Shown one piece after another: positions 52,701 through 64,000 of a stretch of DNA of 64,000 bases; within the stretch, counting starts at the first letter, position 1; every line of letters starts with the position of its first letter. The position numbers and the translations under genes were made by a program. Under the pieces are notes generated by a model. That model saw only the letters and a list, made by a program, of their open reading frames with translations, had not been told where the DNA came from and searched no databases. The DNA is from Raillietiella orientalis (lineage: Eukaryota). The stretch is from contig JAYWIR010000055.1 of NCBI GenBank assembly GCA_036172245.1, positions 1 to 64,000 on the forward strand. Direction: 5' to 3'.

Positions 52701-55700
52701 CAAAAAACTGCGCGTTGCAGCTGACAATATTCTAGTCAAAGTGCTGATGCTGGAGGTTCTCGGGAAACACTTCGCGAACCAGAGGGCCTCTGAGTACACA
52801 ATAATATTCGTTCTTAGCTAAGAGCTTAACAAGCGCCTTGAGCTTGCCCATCAACCCACTAGTCATAGGTGCTCCACGCCTTTCTGCCTGTCCTCTCTTA
52901 GAGCTTCTGGTGGTCCCACGGGCACACCTACCTTGAGTTTTGCTCATAGTGAAGGAGGCTTGCTGAGACGTGACTATTGCTAGTCTCTCTTTTCTGGTTT
53001 CCAGCACTTTCTCCACTACAAACAGTTCCCACCAAGCTGTTTGCTGATGCGATGACTGAATGTCGAATCAGAGCTCCCTGATGCCGACACATCAGGCTTG
53101 AGGTGACCTTTAAGTGAGCTCTTTGGACACTCCACGCGTCATTTCAGCTTGACGTTCGCTTTGGCCTTGGTCTTCCGCCAATGCTCTTGTATGCCTTCTG
53201 GAGCAACAGTGCCTTCATCGGGCTCCTAGACGCTGCACTCTGACACGCCTCGTTCATCACGTGAGTCGAACCTCCTGGCAGCAAAAGACTCGAGTCTCCC
53301 GTGTCCACTCGTTACACACTCTGCAACAGCGCTCCCCGTTTCTACCTGAAGTCTCATCCTTGCGAGCGCTTCGCCATTTCAGAACGTCGACGCTGCGGTT
53401 CCTACATGTGCGGAGTGACGATGCTTTATGAACCGTGGAACGTAGTGACCACCACGTGCATGAAAAGGCTGTACGTGCAATTACTGTGACGCAGGCGAAT
53501 ACTGGGCAAGTCGCGCATTTTGCAGCTTTCGGGGAAGTGGCCCTACACGATGATAGTACGCAGCTTCCAGCTTTGTCTCAAACCTCAGTCTGGTGAAAGC
53601 CATCGTTGTGTTTCTGCCGATACCTAAAGATGGGCACTTTTCTTTCGAGGATCACACTCCGCTGTCTCTGGAGCAGTCGTTCTCAGTTAAGGCAAGTGAG
53701 CTCAGAGAAAACATAAAACGACCGTAGCGAGGTATTGACACTGCTTTGCCATTCCTGCAGTCGCGAAGAGTGGGAACAGGGAAAGCATCAGAAGCAGCAA
53801 AGCAGGTGTAATCGAAGATGAGTTTTTGCAAAGTCCACCTTATAAAGGGATAACCAGAAGCAAGCTGCATTCTTGAAAATGCAACTTAAGCATCACCCGT
53901 TCAGCGCGCTACTCCTCTGCAATTGACTCCTCGTGGTGTATTTTTGTATGTTAACCCAACGAGCCTCCAGACACCGTGTTCTTTCGGTTTCTTAATACAC
54001 AGTGTCACACACAACACGCTACTCAATCCTCATGGGGAAATGCACATTTAGGACTGGGGGAATTTCGTGATTTCCACTGAGCGCGGTCCACAATGCACCA
54101 CATTCATTATAGAATGCACAAATGCAAATTGGAATATTAATGCCAAATTACGGTGAGCACGCAATGTTTCGTCCGAATGCCTATCAGGTCGCTGTGCTTG
54201 AGACCACCGACAGGCTTGCTGTTTTCTTTTTTTTTTTTTTTTTTAACAAGCAGAACGTGAGAAAGAGATGTTCCACGCTCCACATGCTACGGTTACCGCG
54301 AAGTGGTCCTTCACCTTGTGGACGAGAAACGAATCTTACTGCAAAAGGAATCCTGTCGAGCAGTGCTCCCGAAAGACCGCGATCGAGGTTGAAGCTGAGG
54401 TTCGGAGTGCCGATAGAGGGCAAAGCTGCTTCAGTGCATCCCCGATTGGTTTTCAGACTTTCGCCAAAACTGACATTGCCTTAAGTGGTCCGCGCCATTT
54501 TTAAGTTTACAGTGTTCAGAAAACTTCCACAGGTCATCGTGAGCATACGGAAAGGGCAACACCATCGCATCGGAAGCGCGCATTTTCAAAAACAAAGAGC
54601 TCGGCCCAACCATCGGGGCTCGAGCATGCGATTCCTGAAATTCCAAGGCATGAGCTGCCACCCATGACTGGTACGCGGGCAGCGGAATCCACGGCAGGGC
54701 AGTGCAAACTCAGCCCCTCATTCGCACTCTCAGAGCCAACGGATCTGCCTTGCTGTCACTCCGAAGTAGGGGTCGTTTCAAACTGGATCTTGTACAACCC
54801 ACTCTACTTTTGTGAATTGCAAGGCCGACCACGGGCGGTGACAAATTTTGTAAAGGACCTCGATTTCCCTTAAAGACGAACGATCCGTACAAGAAAGGAA
54901 TGGAATGGATCTTGCAGCACTATGGCAAGGAGCACGCACTTCGTCCTCATCTCGTTACCCTTGCCCAAGTGGTTGGTGCTGAGACGGATGATCATTTTTA
55001 GGAGCACGCTTGTCTTTCACGGCATTCCTTGAACTTCACAAAGGTCCCTCTTTCCGGATACGCTGGAAAGCTACAGGGGCACGTACGAGCAAAACCGACA
55101 TCATAAAAATCGGAACACAATTATTCATAGGACTTATCTTTGCCGTTGTACTTCCTTTTGTGTACATGTCGGCGGAATTCTACAAGCACTTGGAATACGC
55201 AAGCCTTTTTTCCCCGTCTTTGCAACGCAATGGAAATTTACAACCCTACTGGTAACGAGTCCACGCTCCACGAATAACCCACCAGAAAACCCTTAGGGCA
55301 CTTGAAAGGTGTGCACGTTTGTAAGTGTGCAAAACTGGAACTGGGCAGTCTTTCGCAACTGAATAAAATAACCAAGAGTTAAAGCAACGACTTCATGGAG
55401 AGCTTCGCATTTCTGGGCCATCCCAACTACGTCCCTAACCAAATCGTGTCCATTCGGCGTCGAGTCAAAAAATAAAATAAAATAAAAAAACAACAACCTA
55501 TACACCTTGCTGGTTTGCAAATCAACAACACTACGTATATGGCGGAAAAAAGGCAAAGCATTTCCGTTAGCGGAAAGACAACATGTTTGCCAGCAGAGGA
55601 AAAGGAAATCCAGTTGTAGCTGTTGTCACTTATCCATCTTCCGTGCCTGTGGGCGACAGCATGCGACGAGACGGTACAAGAAGACAAGAGGAAACATTTT

Positions 55701-58700
55701 CTCACAGAATGAAACCGAAAGGCTTGAAAGGTTGCATTCGTTACGTTTTGGCGTGTAAGGAGGCAAATGTTTACAAAACCCACTCGAACTTTCTACAGTG
55801 CTTGGCAAGGACTCGGTACGTGGAAGAACACAGGAAACGTATTTTCGAAACTGGGAGAGATGTTTCATGCTCAGGTTTCCTGAACAGTTTCCTGATTCTT
55901 CACCAAAGCGATCGCTCCACCACAACTTTCACCCTTTTAACTCGGGCACAGACACAGAACGCGAATGACATGAAAGAGCCGCACAAGGCAGCCAGTTGGA
56001 AGACCAACCGAAACTTGAAGAATTCCCGTAGAATAAAACGACCCGGGCATCCTGAACCTACCTCGTTCTCCTACGAGACATATCTCGGGTTACTCGCTGC
56101 TCCAGGTATTCCCCGATACGATCCAGCTTTTCTGGAGAAGACAGCACATAAAAGGTCAGCTTCTCCATGTCCGTTCGATTCAAACCATTCTATTCGAACG
56201 AGGATTACAGTTAGCGTGCAAAAGAAATGGCCTTACTTTGGGATCTGCTGGAAATATGTTATCAACGAGACGTTTATAGCGTGGTCTCAGGGCTGCACAA
56301 CACGAGCAGAAACCTTAAATAGAGAAAATGTATTTACAAAGCTTGAAGTACTGAATGAGGTACCCAGATTACTATTACTGATGCTGGAGGGATTGCGGAT
56401 CGCTGAACCAATGATCACCAATGATCCTGAATACACCAAATTACACGAAAAGACAAAATGCATGTTAGTTCAATACAAATGATTACCAAGGAATCTTTAA
56501 TGATAGGAAATGCCACTAAGAAATTATTGGCATCTTCCAAAACTCGAGCAACGGTGCAATTTCATGATTCAGCTCCATTGCAAGAAGGGTCTCCAGCTTG
56601 CTCGAGAACTCGACTGTATCCAACAGTGTGGCCTTTGTTTTACCCTGAGTTTCTTGTGTTGCCTTTATTAACTTTATTCTCATCCATACCCATCAAACAA
56701 CATGCCTTCCATAAACCACAAAGTTCAAAAGATTGAATAACTTGTCCATTTGAATATAATTTATTGAATTTTTGATAATTACTCAAGGATTGCATTCCAT
56801 GTGGTCTCACATGATACAGATATACATTTTGGTGCAGTAACAGGTAAAGCAGTTGGTAATTCATCATGCTCAACAGAATATGAAGTGGTAAAAATGCTAA
56901 GGTATTTCGAGATGAAAAAAAAAAATCCTTCTGCAGCACATTAGCAGAACATTATGTGTGACAAAAACATTCCCTAAATAATGAAACCAAACAGCTATCA
57001 AAATCGTTGACTAGAAAAAGAGGAATGCACATGAAAAAGGATTTATTCTCTTAAGTATAAGTAACATTATCCACTAATGTTATGAATAAAAAAACATCTG
57101 TGAAGTTTACAGAAAAAACAACGTTACAAATAATGGAAAAGTAGTCGCATTTACAAAAGGGAAACTGGGAACTTGGAAGTTCAAGTGGGTTTCAAGCTTG
57201 TTTGCATCAGAAAAGGCTTAGTGACCTCTAGTGCTTTAAGACTCTTCAGAACATTTTTCACTGATCTAAGTACATGTGGTGTCATTATTTCCTAAATGCT
57301 TAAAGACAAGTCAGAAAACATTAACTGCTATTGATGACATTCAATTAGCTTAATCTGTCCCAAATGGCTTTCCAGAATTTCATTGTTATAAGCCAAAACA
57401 ATATGCAAAAAACCGGATGAAAACTGATTACAATAGATATAAAATACATGCACATGCTGGTTGACATAGTTTAATAAGAATAATCTTTTAGGGAAATTTC
57501 CAAACTTCCACGCTGAACTAAAACATGCTCTAAATCTTGTGTACATAAATGAGCTTTCTAGAAACTTTATTATAACACCTCCTCTTGAATCCAATAAATC
57601 AGTTGTTGACCACCTAATTTTACAACCTCAACTTCCATTTCAGATCTCGTATACCAATGTGGAAACCGGTTTTGCATGCTTTAAGAATCTTTCTGTGTGG
57701 CACAACTGTCAACTATATGGCAAAAGGGAGCATAATACAAATCAAAACTGTAACCACAATGAGTACATCTGAAGCAGAAGTCTCACTTGCTTTGCACCTG
57801 TAGGTACTATGAAATGTATTTGAAGTGCCTTACATGCCAACATCTCTTAAAATAGCAATAATTGACAGAAATGAAGTTAAATTAAAAAAAAGTATGCTCT
57901 ACAAAAAAGTCTTTCATGAAATCCAACACGTGTTGTTTGTAAATCACTACAATGAAAGTAATATTGGAAAATGCTAAGTATTGTGAAACACAGTACACAT
58001 GCATGATCCTGTTTCACTTTATGTGCTGAAATGGGTGGAACAAAATGTGGAGTTATTCTTTATTCAGATTCAGTGATATTCATTTCGAAAATGTAAGTCA
58101 TTTTCCTGCTCTCATGGAGAAAACCACATTACTGACTAACTTTTGTCAAGTAACCTTACATGTTTAATACTGACACTACCACTGTTCAACAGACTCTACA
58201 AAAGCATAAGTAAAACTAAAGAAACCAGAAAAATGCACAGAATGATAGTAAACACAAGTCACCATCAGTTTACCCAACTGATCTGATGCACTGTCAATGC
58301 ATTTACTGATCTGCACTGTTTACTTCATTTTAAAAATAAAACAACTCTAACACTTTAGGACAAGGATCAATACAGTAGAATCTCCCTGACTAACTTTGAG
58401 GTTTCTTCACTTACACATGAAACACAAAAATCCTTTTCTTGTGACATAAGCATGCAATATACTTTTCGTAAGATATGAACTGAAACTTGTTTAACCAGGC
58501 GCTTGCACAGAAACTCCGATTATAAAATGCTGAATTTACTTCTGCACAAAACTGATTTGAATTGTCAAATAACATGGATAATCCTTTAAAAGGATTTTAA
58601 TTATGATGTATGTACGTCAATTCTATTTTATGTATAGTAACATCTATAATCTACGTTTCGTGGAGAGTTGGTCTCAAGAATATCCAAGTATTGTGGGAAA

Positions 58701-58845
58701 CACTTCCATTAAAGCAAAAATTAAAGTCGTTGAAAACTGCTGTTCTCACGCGTCTGTCAAAGCTACAAGTAAAACACTTGGCTGTCATCGAGATTACGGT
58801 TTTAACGGTTGATTAATTTTATTAAGAATCCTTACCCAGAGCCAT
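49742..58845 (-). CDS. EFR3: Protein EFR3 homolog (PI4KIIIalpha plasma-membrane anchor; cmp44E/rbo-like)
   Basis: Exons 58845-58836 (tentative), 56313-56237, 56189-56062, 52175-52025, 51971-51556, 51517-51303, 51251-50819, 50772-50127, 50086-49925, 49867-49742. N-terminus (MAL)GFCSCCAALRPRYKRLVDNIFP, DMEKLTFY..SPEKLDRIGEYL, FVKFANIEED, C-terminus LPDLFVY. Confidence 0.95.
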
Positions 58846-60524
58846 TACGGAATGCAATTCTTTTCTGTACTTTTTATTTCATCCAATTACTCGTTCAAGT
58901 TGGAGTTTTATCTATCAAGTTGGAATTTGTACACCGCTTCTGTACGTCAGCGTTCGGCTGCGAGCCTGCGAAACGACTCCCTTCTCGTGGTTGGCTTCAC
59001 AGGGCTGCCACACCACAACAACACGGATCGTACCGCGTGTACACTTTTTCTGGTTTCCAGTTCATGAAAGAAATGTCCGAAGCTGCACTCACGTGCGAAA
59101 TGCGGGGGCAGGATGCATCTCTCCATCATCCCGGCCCTGTACCAGCGGCGGGCGACCCCGCCCTCTGCACCTGTGCGATAGCTGCAATCTGCAAATGTAC
59201 CCGGAGTGAGCTCTTCGAGAGAGACCGTCCCCCCAGGGAGGGATGATTATTTCAGTAGTAACGAAACTAGCAACGAGATGGATTTTATTCAGACGTGAGG
59301 CAGAACCTGAGACGTGGTCGTTTCTTGCACGCAGTTTCCGATGACGGAAAGTTTTTCAGGGCCCTTCGTGGGCACTCGTTTCTTACCCAGGCAAACACAC
59401 GCCCACTCCATCATCGCATGCCCATTCTTTTCCTCGTGAGGCTCTTATCCAGAAGGCAGGAGTGCACCCTTCGATTCATGTTTCCCGCGTGCTTAGTGTT
59501 TAGCCGAATGGACCGAACTGCTGCAAGTTCAGATGCGTTTCAACTTTTCGTGCGTGTAGTGGTTCGGGGGTATTCAAGTGGCGGCGTTGAGGTCATTCCC
59601 AAGTGTAGGAGCACGGGGAGACGCGTTACCACCAGATACCACTGGGAACGCTCCTTCGTGCAAATCGAACTTTTGCTGGCCAAAGTCTGCTCTCTTTGAC
59701 AGTTCCCAATGTGTCCTTCTGGAATCAGCGTTTCCAGAGCGCCCTTAGCAGCTTTGGCAATGCTGTGTGTAGACAGTACGTGCATAGCTAATTAGAGGTC
59801 CGCTCTCCGAAAAGTTTGAAAGCATAGAACCAATCTCAAACTACATGAAATCGGGCACTTAAAAGACCGAGAAATAAATTTTGTTAACTATCCGGCGTTT
59901 TGCTTCGTTCTCCTAAAGAATCTCGTAATAGTTCACTTCTCCCCCAATAGAGTCTAAATCTTTCCATAGCAACCAGCGAACAGTTGCCGTCAAGTCACGT
60001 CAAGTCACGACCTTTTTAGCATCTCCGGCATTCTGAAGACGGTTATGGGACGAGGCTAGTTTGTATGGTTCTCGCTTAACATCTGAAAGAACAAGTGGAG
60101 CACTTCTGCTCTCTGGGTGAGATTCAAGCTAGGCAATATGTCCCGAAGGGTCTTTTTCTTTATGTGAAACTGTCGATGTATATCTCACTTCTGCTCCAAC
60201 GTAGGTAAAGTGAGAAGCACTTTAGTACTTGAATCCTGAGAAGGAGAATAAACTCCTCAGCCATTTGCTCTTAATCAAGAGTCTTGGTGACCTCTTAATT
60301 AAAACAAGTGACCAAGAGCTCAGTTGTCCCCTTTTGAAAATGATGCATTTGTAAAGGGAAAAACTCATGGTAATCTCATGGCCGTGGATCTTTCATTGAT
60401 CACGGTAAGCGATGTGTTTCCCACTCTTAGGGACCCCTTTGTCAACTAGTGGTGATCAGGATTTCCCGTTTATAAGAAATAGGCTCTCACCGCTCGTTTA
60501 TTGTGTGCCATTGGCTCATGAATC

Positions 60525-61722
60525 TTACCAATGTTTTTTGAGTATCCTATACTGCTTCTTTCCTACATGATCATTTAGATTGGCATTCTCACGATGACGG
60601 CGAACTACATAGAGATAGTTTCCGTTCGAAGTTTTCCATTTCAGGTATTTGCAAAGGTTCTTCTTTCTGTATTTCACATATTGGTGATGATCTCTAGGTG
60701 TGAATTTGTGTTCTGATCTCTCTTTCCTATCATAATGATTTTTGGCACCCTTCTCTTCCGCCCGATTGGAGTTGCGTAGTCGCTTCCTGTAACCGGGACC
60801 GCAATTGTACTCCGAATTGCTGCGGCTGTACACATCTATGTGTCCACACTGCTTTCTTCTTCCAAAAAAAATATTTTTATCCTTGCAATACTTCCTCATG
60901 AAGACACTGCTTTTAAAGAGCTTTCTATTCGCCTCGCTAACCATTCCAGATGCACGTCCTTTGTCAGTATCTCTATTGTGCATTGGTACCTTGTCAGCAA
61001 CAGCTTTAAAGTTGTTTTCCTGAGGACATAAGAGACGACTTACTCTCACCTGCTTTCTGAACTTCCTCTGCATGTCGGCGTGCAAGAACTAAAACATTTA
61101 GTCTTAACAGCTCTATATCTAGGTCATAGTCACTCACAGGTCCACCTTTCACCAACTCATGCTGGATAATTCGTCCCAAGCATGCTGTGGAAAGATCAAT
61201 GAATATGCTGCCAATATTGCACGTGGTCATATTCTCGCTTTAGTGTTTTGACCTCCGATTTCCTTTCACAAGCATTTTCCCACCAATAGCATTCACGTGC
61301 CCATTACGTATCCCCGAGGCGACCACGACACGTTCCATCAAATCTTTTGCATCCCAAGCCCCTTTCATTTGTTCGTTGCTGCCATCGTTTTTTGCTCGTG
61401 TTCTCCGCGTACAATCGCGCGATCCGCAGCGATGGTCATGTTCCCCTTTCGGAAGGCCCCCTTTTCGCCCAGTTAATTTGACCTGGGTTTGTTGAGGCGG
61501 CATCCCCTCGAGCGGCTTGTCCGTTTCAAGTTCGTCCCAAGCCGTTCGTTTCGTTTTTTCGTCTTTCCGCGATGCTGAGGATCGCGCACGCCATCGATTG
61601 CCACGGATGCCTTTGGTGTCCGATTTCGCCACCACCCTGTTTTGCTTTCGTTTGCAGCTCCTCCCCTTTAACCTACCTGCCACCATGAGCAATGTCAGGG
61701 TTCCTTTCCAGATTTCCATCAT
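60525..61722 (-). CDS. Candidate orphan gene: signal peptide + highly basic polypeptide (3' end uncertain)
   Basis: Exons 61722-61677, 61184-61138 and 61088-~60529 join in frame through canonical sites: MMEIWKGTLTLLMVAACLGRIIQHELVKGGPFLHADMQRKFRKQ... No family recognised. Confidence 0.4.
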
Positions 61723-64000
61723 CCTCGAAGGGTTGTGGACAATATCTGTCTGGATAGGTTGCTTGCCGTCCGCATCTTGCAAGTGGTGTGTTGTCCTAGG
61801 TGGAGCCCTTTAACTTTAAAGAGCCATCCACACCTGAGACAAACAAGTGTTCGGCTGTGGGCCCTGTCTGCGCTTTGGTTGTGCTGAACGGCTGGCGTCG
61901 GAGCAGCGCTGCAGCCACTCGTGTCAGCTGTCGTCAGCCCTGCTGCTGTCGAAGCGGTGCAGCCTAGCAGGAGCGGGGAGAGTTGGTTCCTTCCACTCGC
62001 AGCGTGGACGGCTGTTGCTGCTTGCGTGTCAATCGGGATCGTCCTCACTCTTCGCGACGTGCTGCTTGCAAGGCGCGCCGTGAAACCATCGCGGTTTCAA
62101 GGCGCCTCGGTTTCGACCCCAATCTGTCGCGTCCGCGTCAGGAGGGTGCATACGCGCGTACAACGGTGACCTCTTGACGCAAGACAAAGCGACTGGCGTT
62201 CCAGGAGACTGTGCCTTTCTTTCGCAGACGGCTGCGGCGACACCGATCCTTTGCCCCGCAACGTTCGTGTCTGTCTTGCTGCCTTCCTCATCGCATCTTC
62301 CCGCGAATCTGCCATGAGGAACGGAAGCGGTCCGCTCCTTGGCTCTCGTCCTCTAGCCCTCCATCACGAGAGGTTGGCCACTTGCCCCTTTTCAACACGG
62401 GCTCTTAGCGACTCGGGAACAGCAGTCAGCGTGCGGGCATCGTCTCTTCCTCCTTGCACTGCTGCTCCCGCTTCGCAGGCAGAGGCGCCCATGCGGGAAG
62501 CATCGCCAGTGCTTTCCGTTCTGCTGGACCCCAAACACGTGGAGCACCGTCGCGTTCCTCCGCATCCTGGGAAACGGAAAGCGCGGACGGAACGCGTCTC
62601 CCGTTCCATGCGGTTGGCATCTCGCTCGTCTCTTCCTTCTTAGTCCTTGTCGTGTTCCCAGCACGGTTTCTATGCTTCTCCAGATCCGCCTTGGTTACAG
62701 TCGCATCCGGGTGAGGGAGGAATGCGCAGGAAGCGGTTTCTTCGCATGCGTGGATTGGCCACTGCTGGTTCGCCCTCCTCCACGTCTCCTCTGAGGGCAC
62801 GTCTTCTTTACACCACAACCCTGGTTTCCTTTCCCTGCCGCACCTTACGAGAGTCCGTCGCTCACCCCCCAGGATGGACGGGTGTTCTTCGTGTCGCAAA
62901 CGGAAAACATCACGGAACGCACAATTCCTTGCGCGGGTGGCGAAGTAGCGTTTCGTGTTTTGAGAGGGAAAAAGTCTTTGTGGAACGTTGGCGAGGGCGC
63001 CGTGCCGCGAATCGCGTCTATCCTCGCAAGCGCCCGAAACTCCCTCAGCCGATTCCATGGAACCCGGGAATGCTGTCAGGGTCGTTGCGACGCCCCTTTC
63101 CCCGCTGCCGGTGCAAACCGCCCCACCACGCCCTCGTCGTTTGAAGAGGAACCGTGGCCAAGCAACGGACACTCCAGCGACCGAATTGCAGCGGATCGTC
63201 TGAGTGAGTGAAGAGTTTCTCGAATGTGAGGCTGCGCTCTTCCTTCGGTTGACGCCGTGCGGGCCCACCTCGCCGCCGGCCAGCTACCGTGGTGAGGAAT
63301 CGAAAGTTCGAGAATTCCGCGCGGAAGGCCGCGCACTTGGTATGCGGCTGACGACTTTCGGCTCGGAGACAACTGCGCTCGTCTCACTGGAACGAAATGA
63401 GCGCAGTTGTCGTGTTTTCGGGAGAGTCGCTGCAAAGGTTGGAATCTGCAAGTTGTTTTCGCGGTTTCTCTGCGTGCTGCACGACCCTCTTGCCGGTTGC
63501 TAATGGCCACCCTTCAGCCGCCGCACGCGAGGTCCTAAGGAATCCAAAAATGTGTGAAGCGAATTAAAAATCTCGCACGTCCGGATAGTCAAAATGCCGC
63601 CGCATCGCATGGTCCTTCGAAATGTCTCTCTACACTTTGAAGTTTTCGTGTTCTTTCGCCATGACACCGTCTCCTGCGTCCTGTGTGAGGCGACTCCGAA
63701 ACCATCCGTGCTTCCTTTGCAGGTCTGAAAACGATTCCCAGGAGTCCCCAGGACTTCCAGATGCTCCAGGGAGTGGAGTGTTCCTGCAGCTGCTTTTGCA
63801 ACCCACTGCCATCCTATCAGCGCAGCTCAACAAGAACTCCGTTCCTGCTCCTCGTATAAGAAGTTGCCTTTTGGAGAAAGAATGTATCTTGATGTACTTC
63901 CTGCACAGAATGATTGTCTTTTGGTTATTACGGAAAATAATAAAAATACATTCTTGTGGTGGAACTGCTGGTTCTACCACGTGTTTGGAACCTGCCGAAG

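Noticed and set aside
55583..56482. 299-aa plus-strand ORF
   Set aside because: Overlaps EFR3 exons 2-3 in antisense and has no recognisable domain, so it is likely a shadow ORF.
61800..63520. Long GC-rich ORFs (e.g. 62426-63268)
   Set aside because: Overlapping ORFs on both strands are expected at this GC content, and no domain was recognised.

Overview
Eukaryotic (invertebrate animal, most likely arthropod; inference from protein similarity and compact introns) genomic DNA with two very different halves. 1-~26.2 kb is a dense stack of mostly decayed L1/Tx1-clade non-LTR retrotransposons from several diverged families. It also holds one R2/NeSL/Utopia-like 5' fragment and a decayed NELF-C/D (TH1L) gene fragment. 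A 9-bp TSD shows that the full-length element A (739-6535) is inserted inside element B. Elsewhere plus-strand elements show only 3' halves and minus-strand elements only 5' halves, with decay increasing rightwards, which fits the right arm of one deeply nested stack centred left of the window. The families share a 5' GGACGT(G/A)TT motif and a poly(A)-less 3' end made of two covarying hairpins (CUGCGU loop; terminal CCCGG-N5-CCGGG). ~28.8-64 kb is gene-rich: kinesin light chain (-), COQ3 (+), BAG2 (-), EFR3 (-) and a candidate orphan secreted basic protein (-), with very short (38-57 nt) introns and AT-rich, CpG-poor islands. All calls are by eye, with no database searches. Boundaries without a TSD or splice site are approximate.
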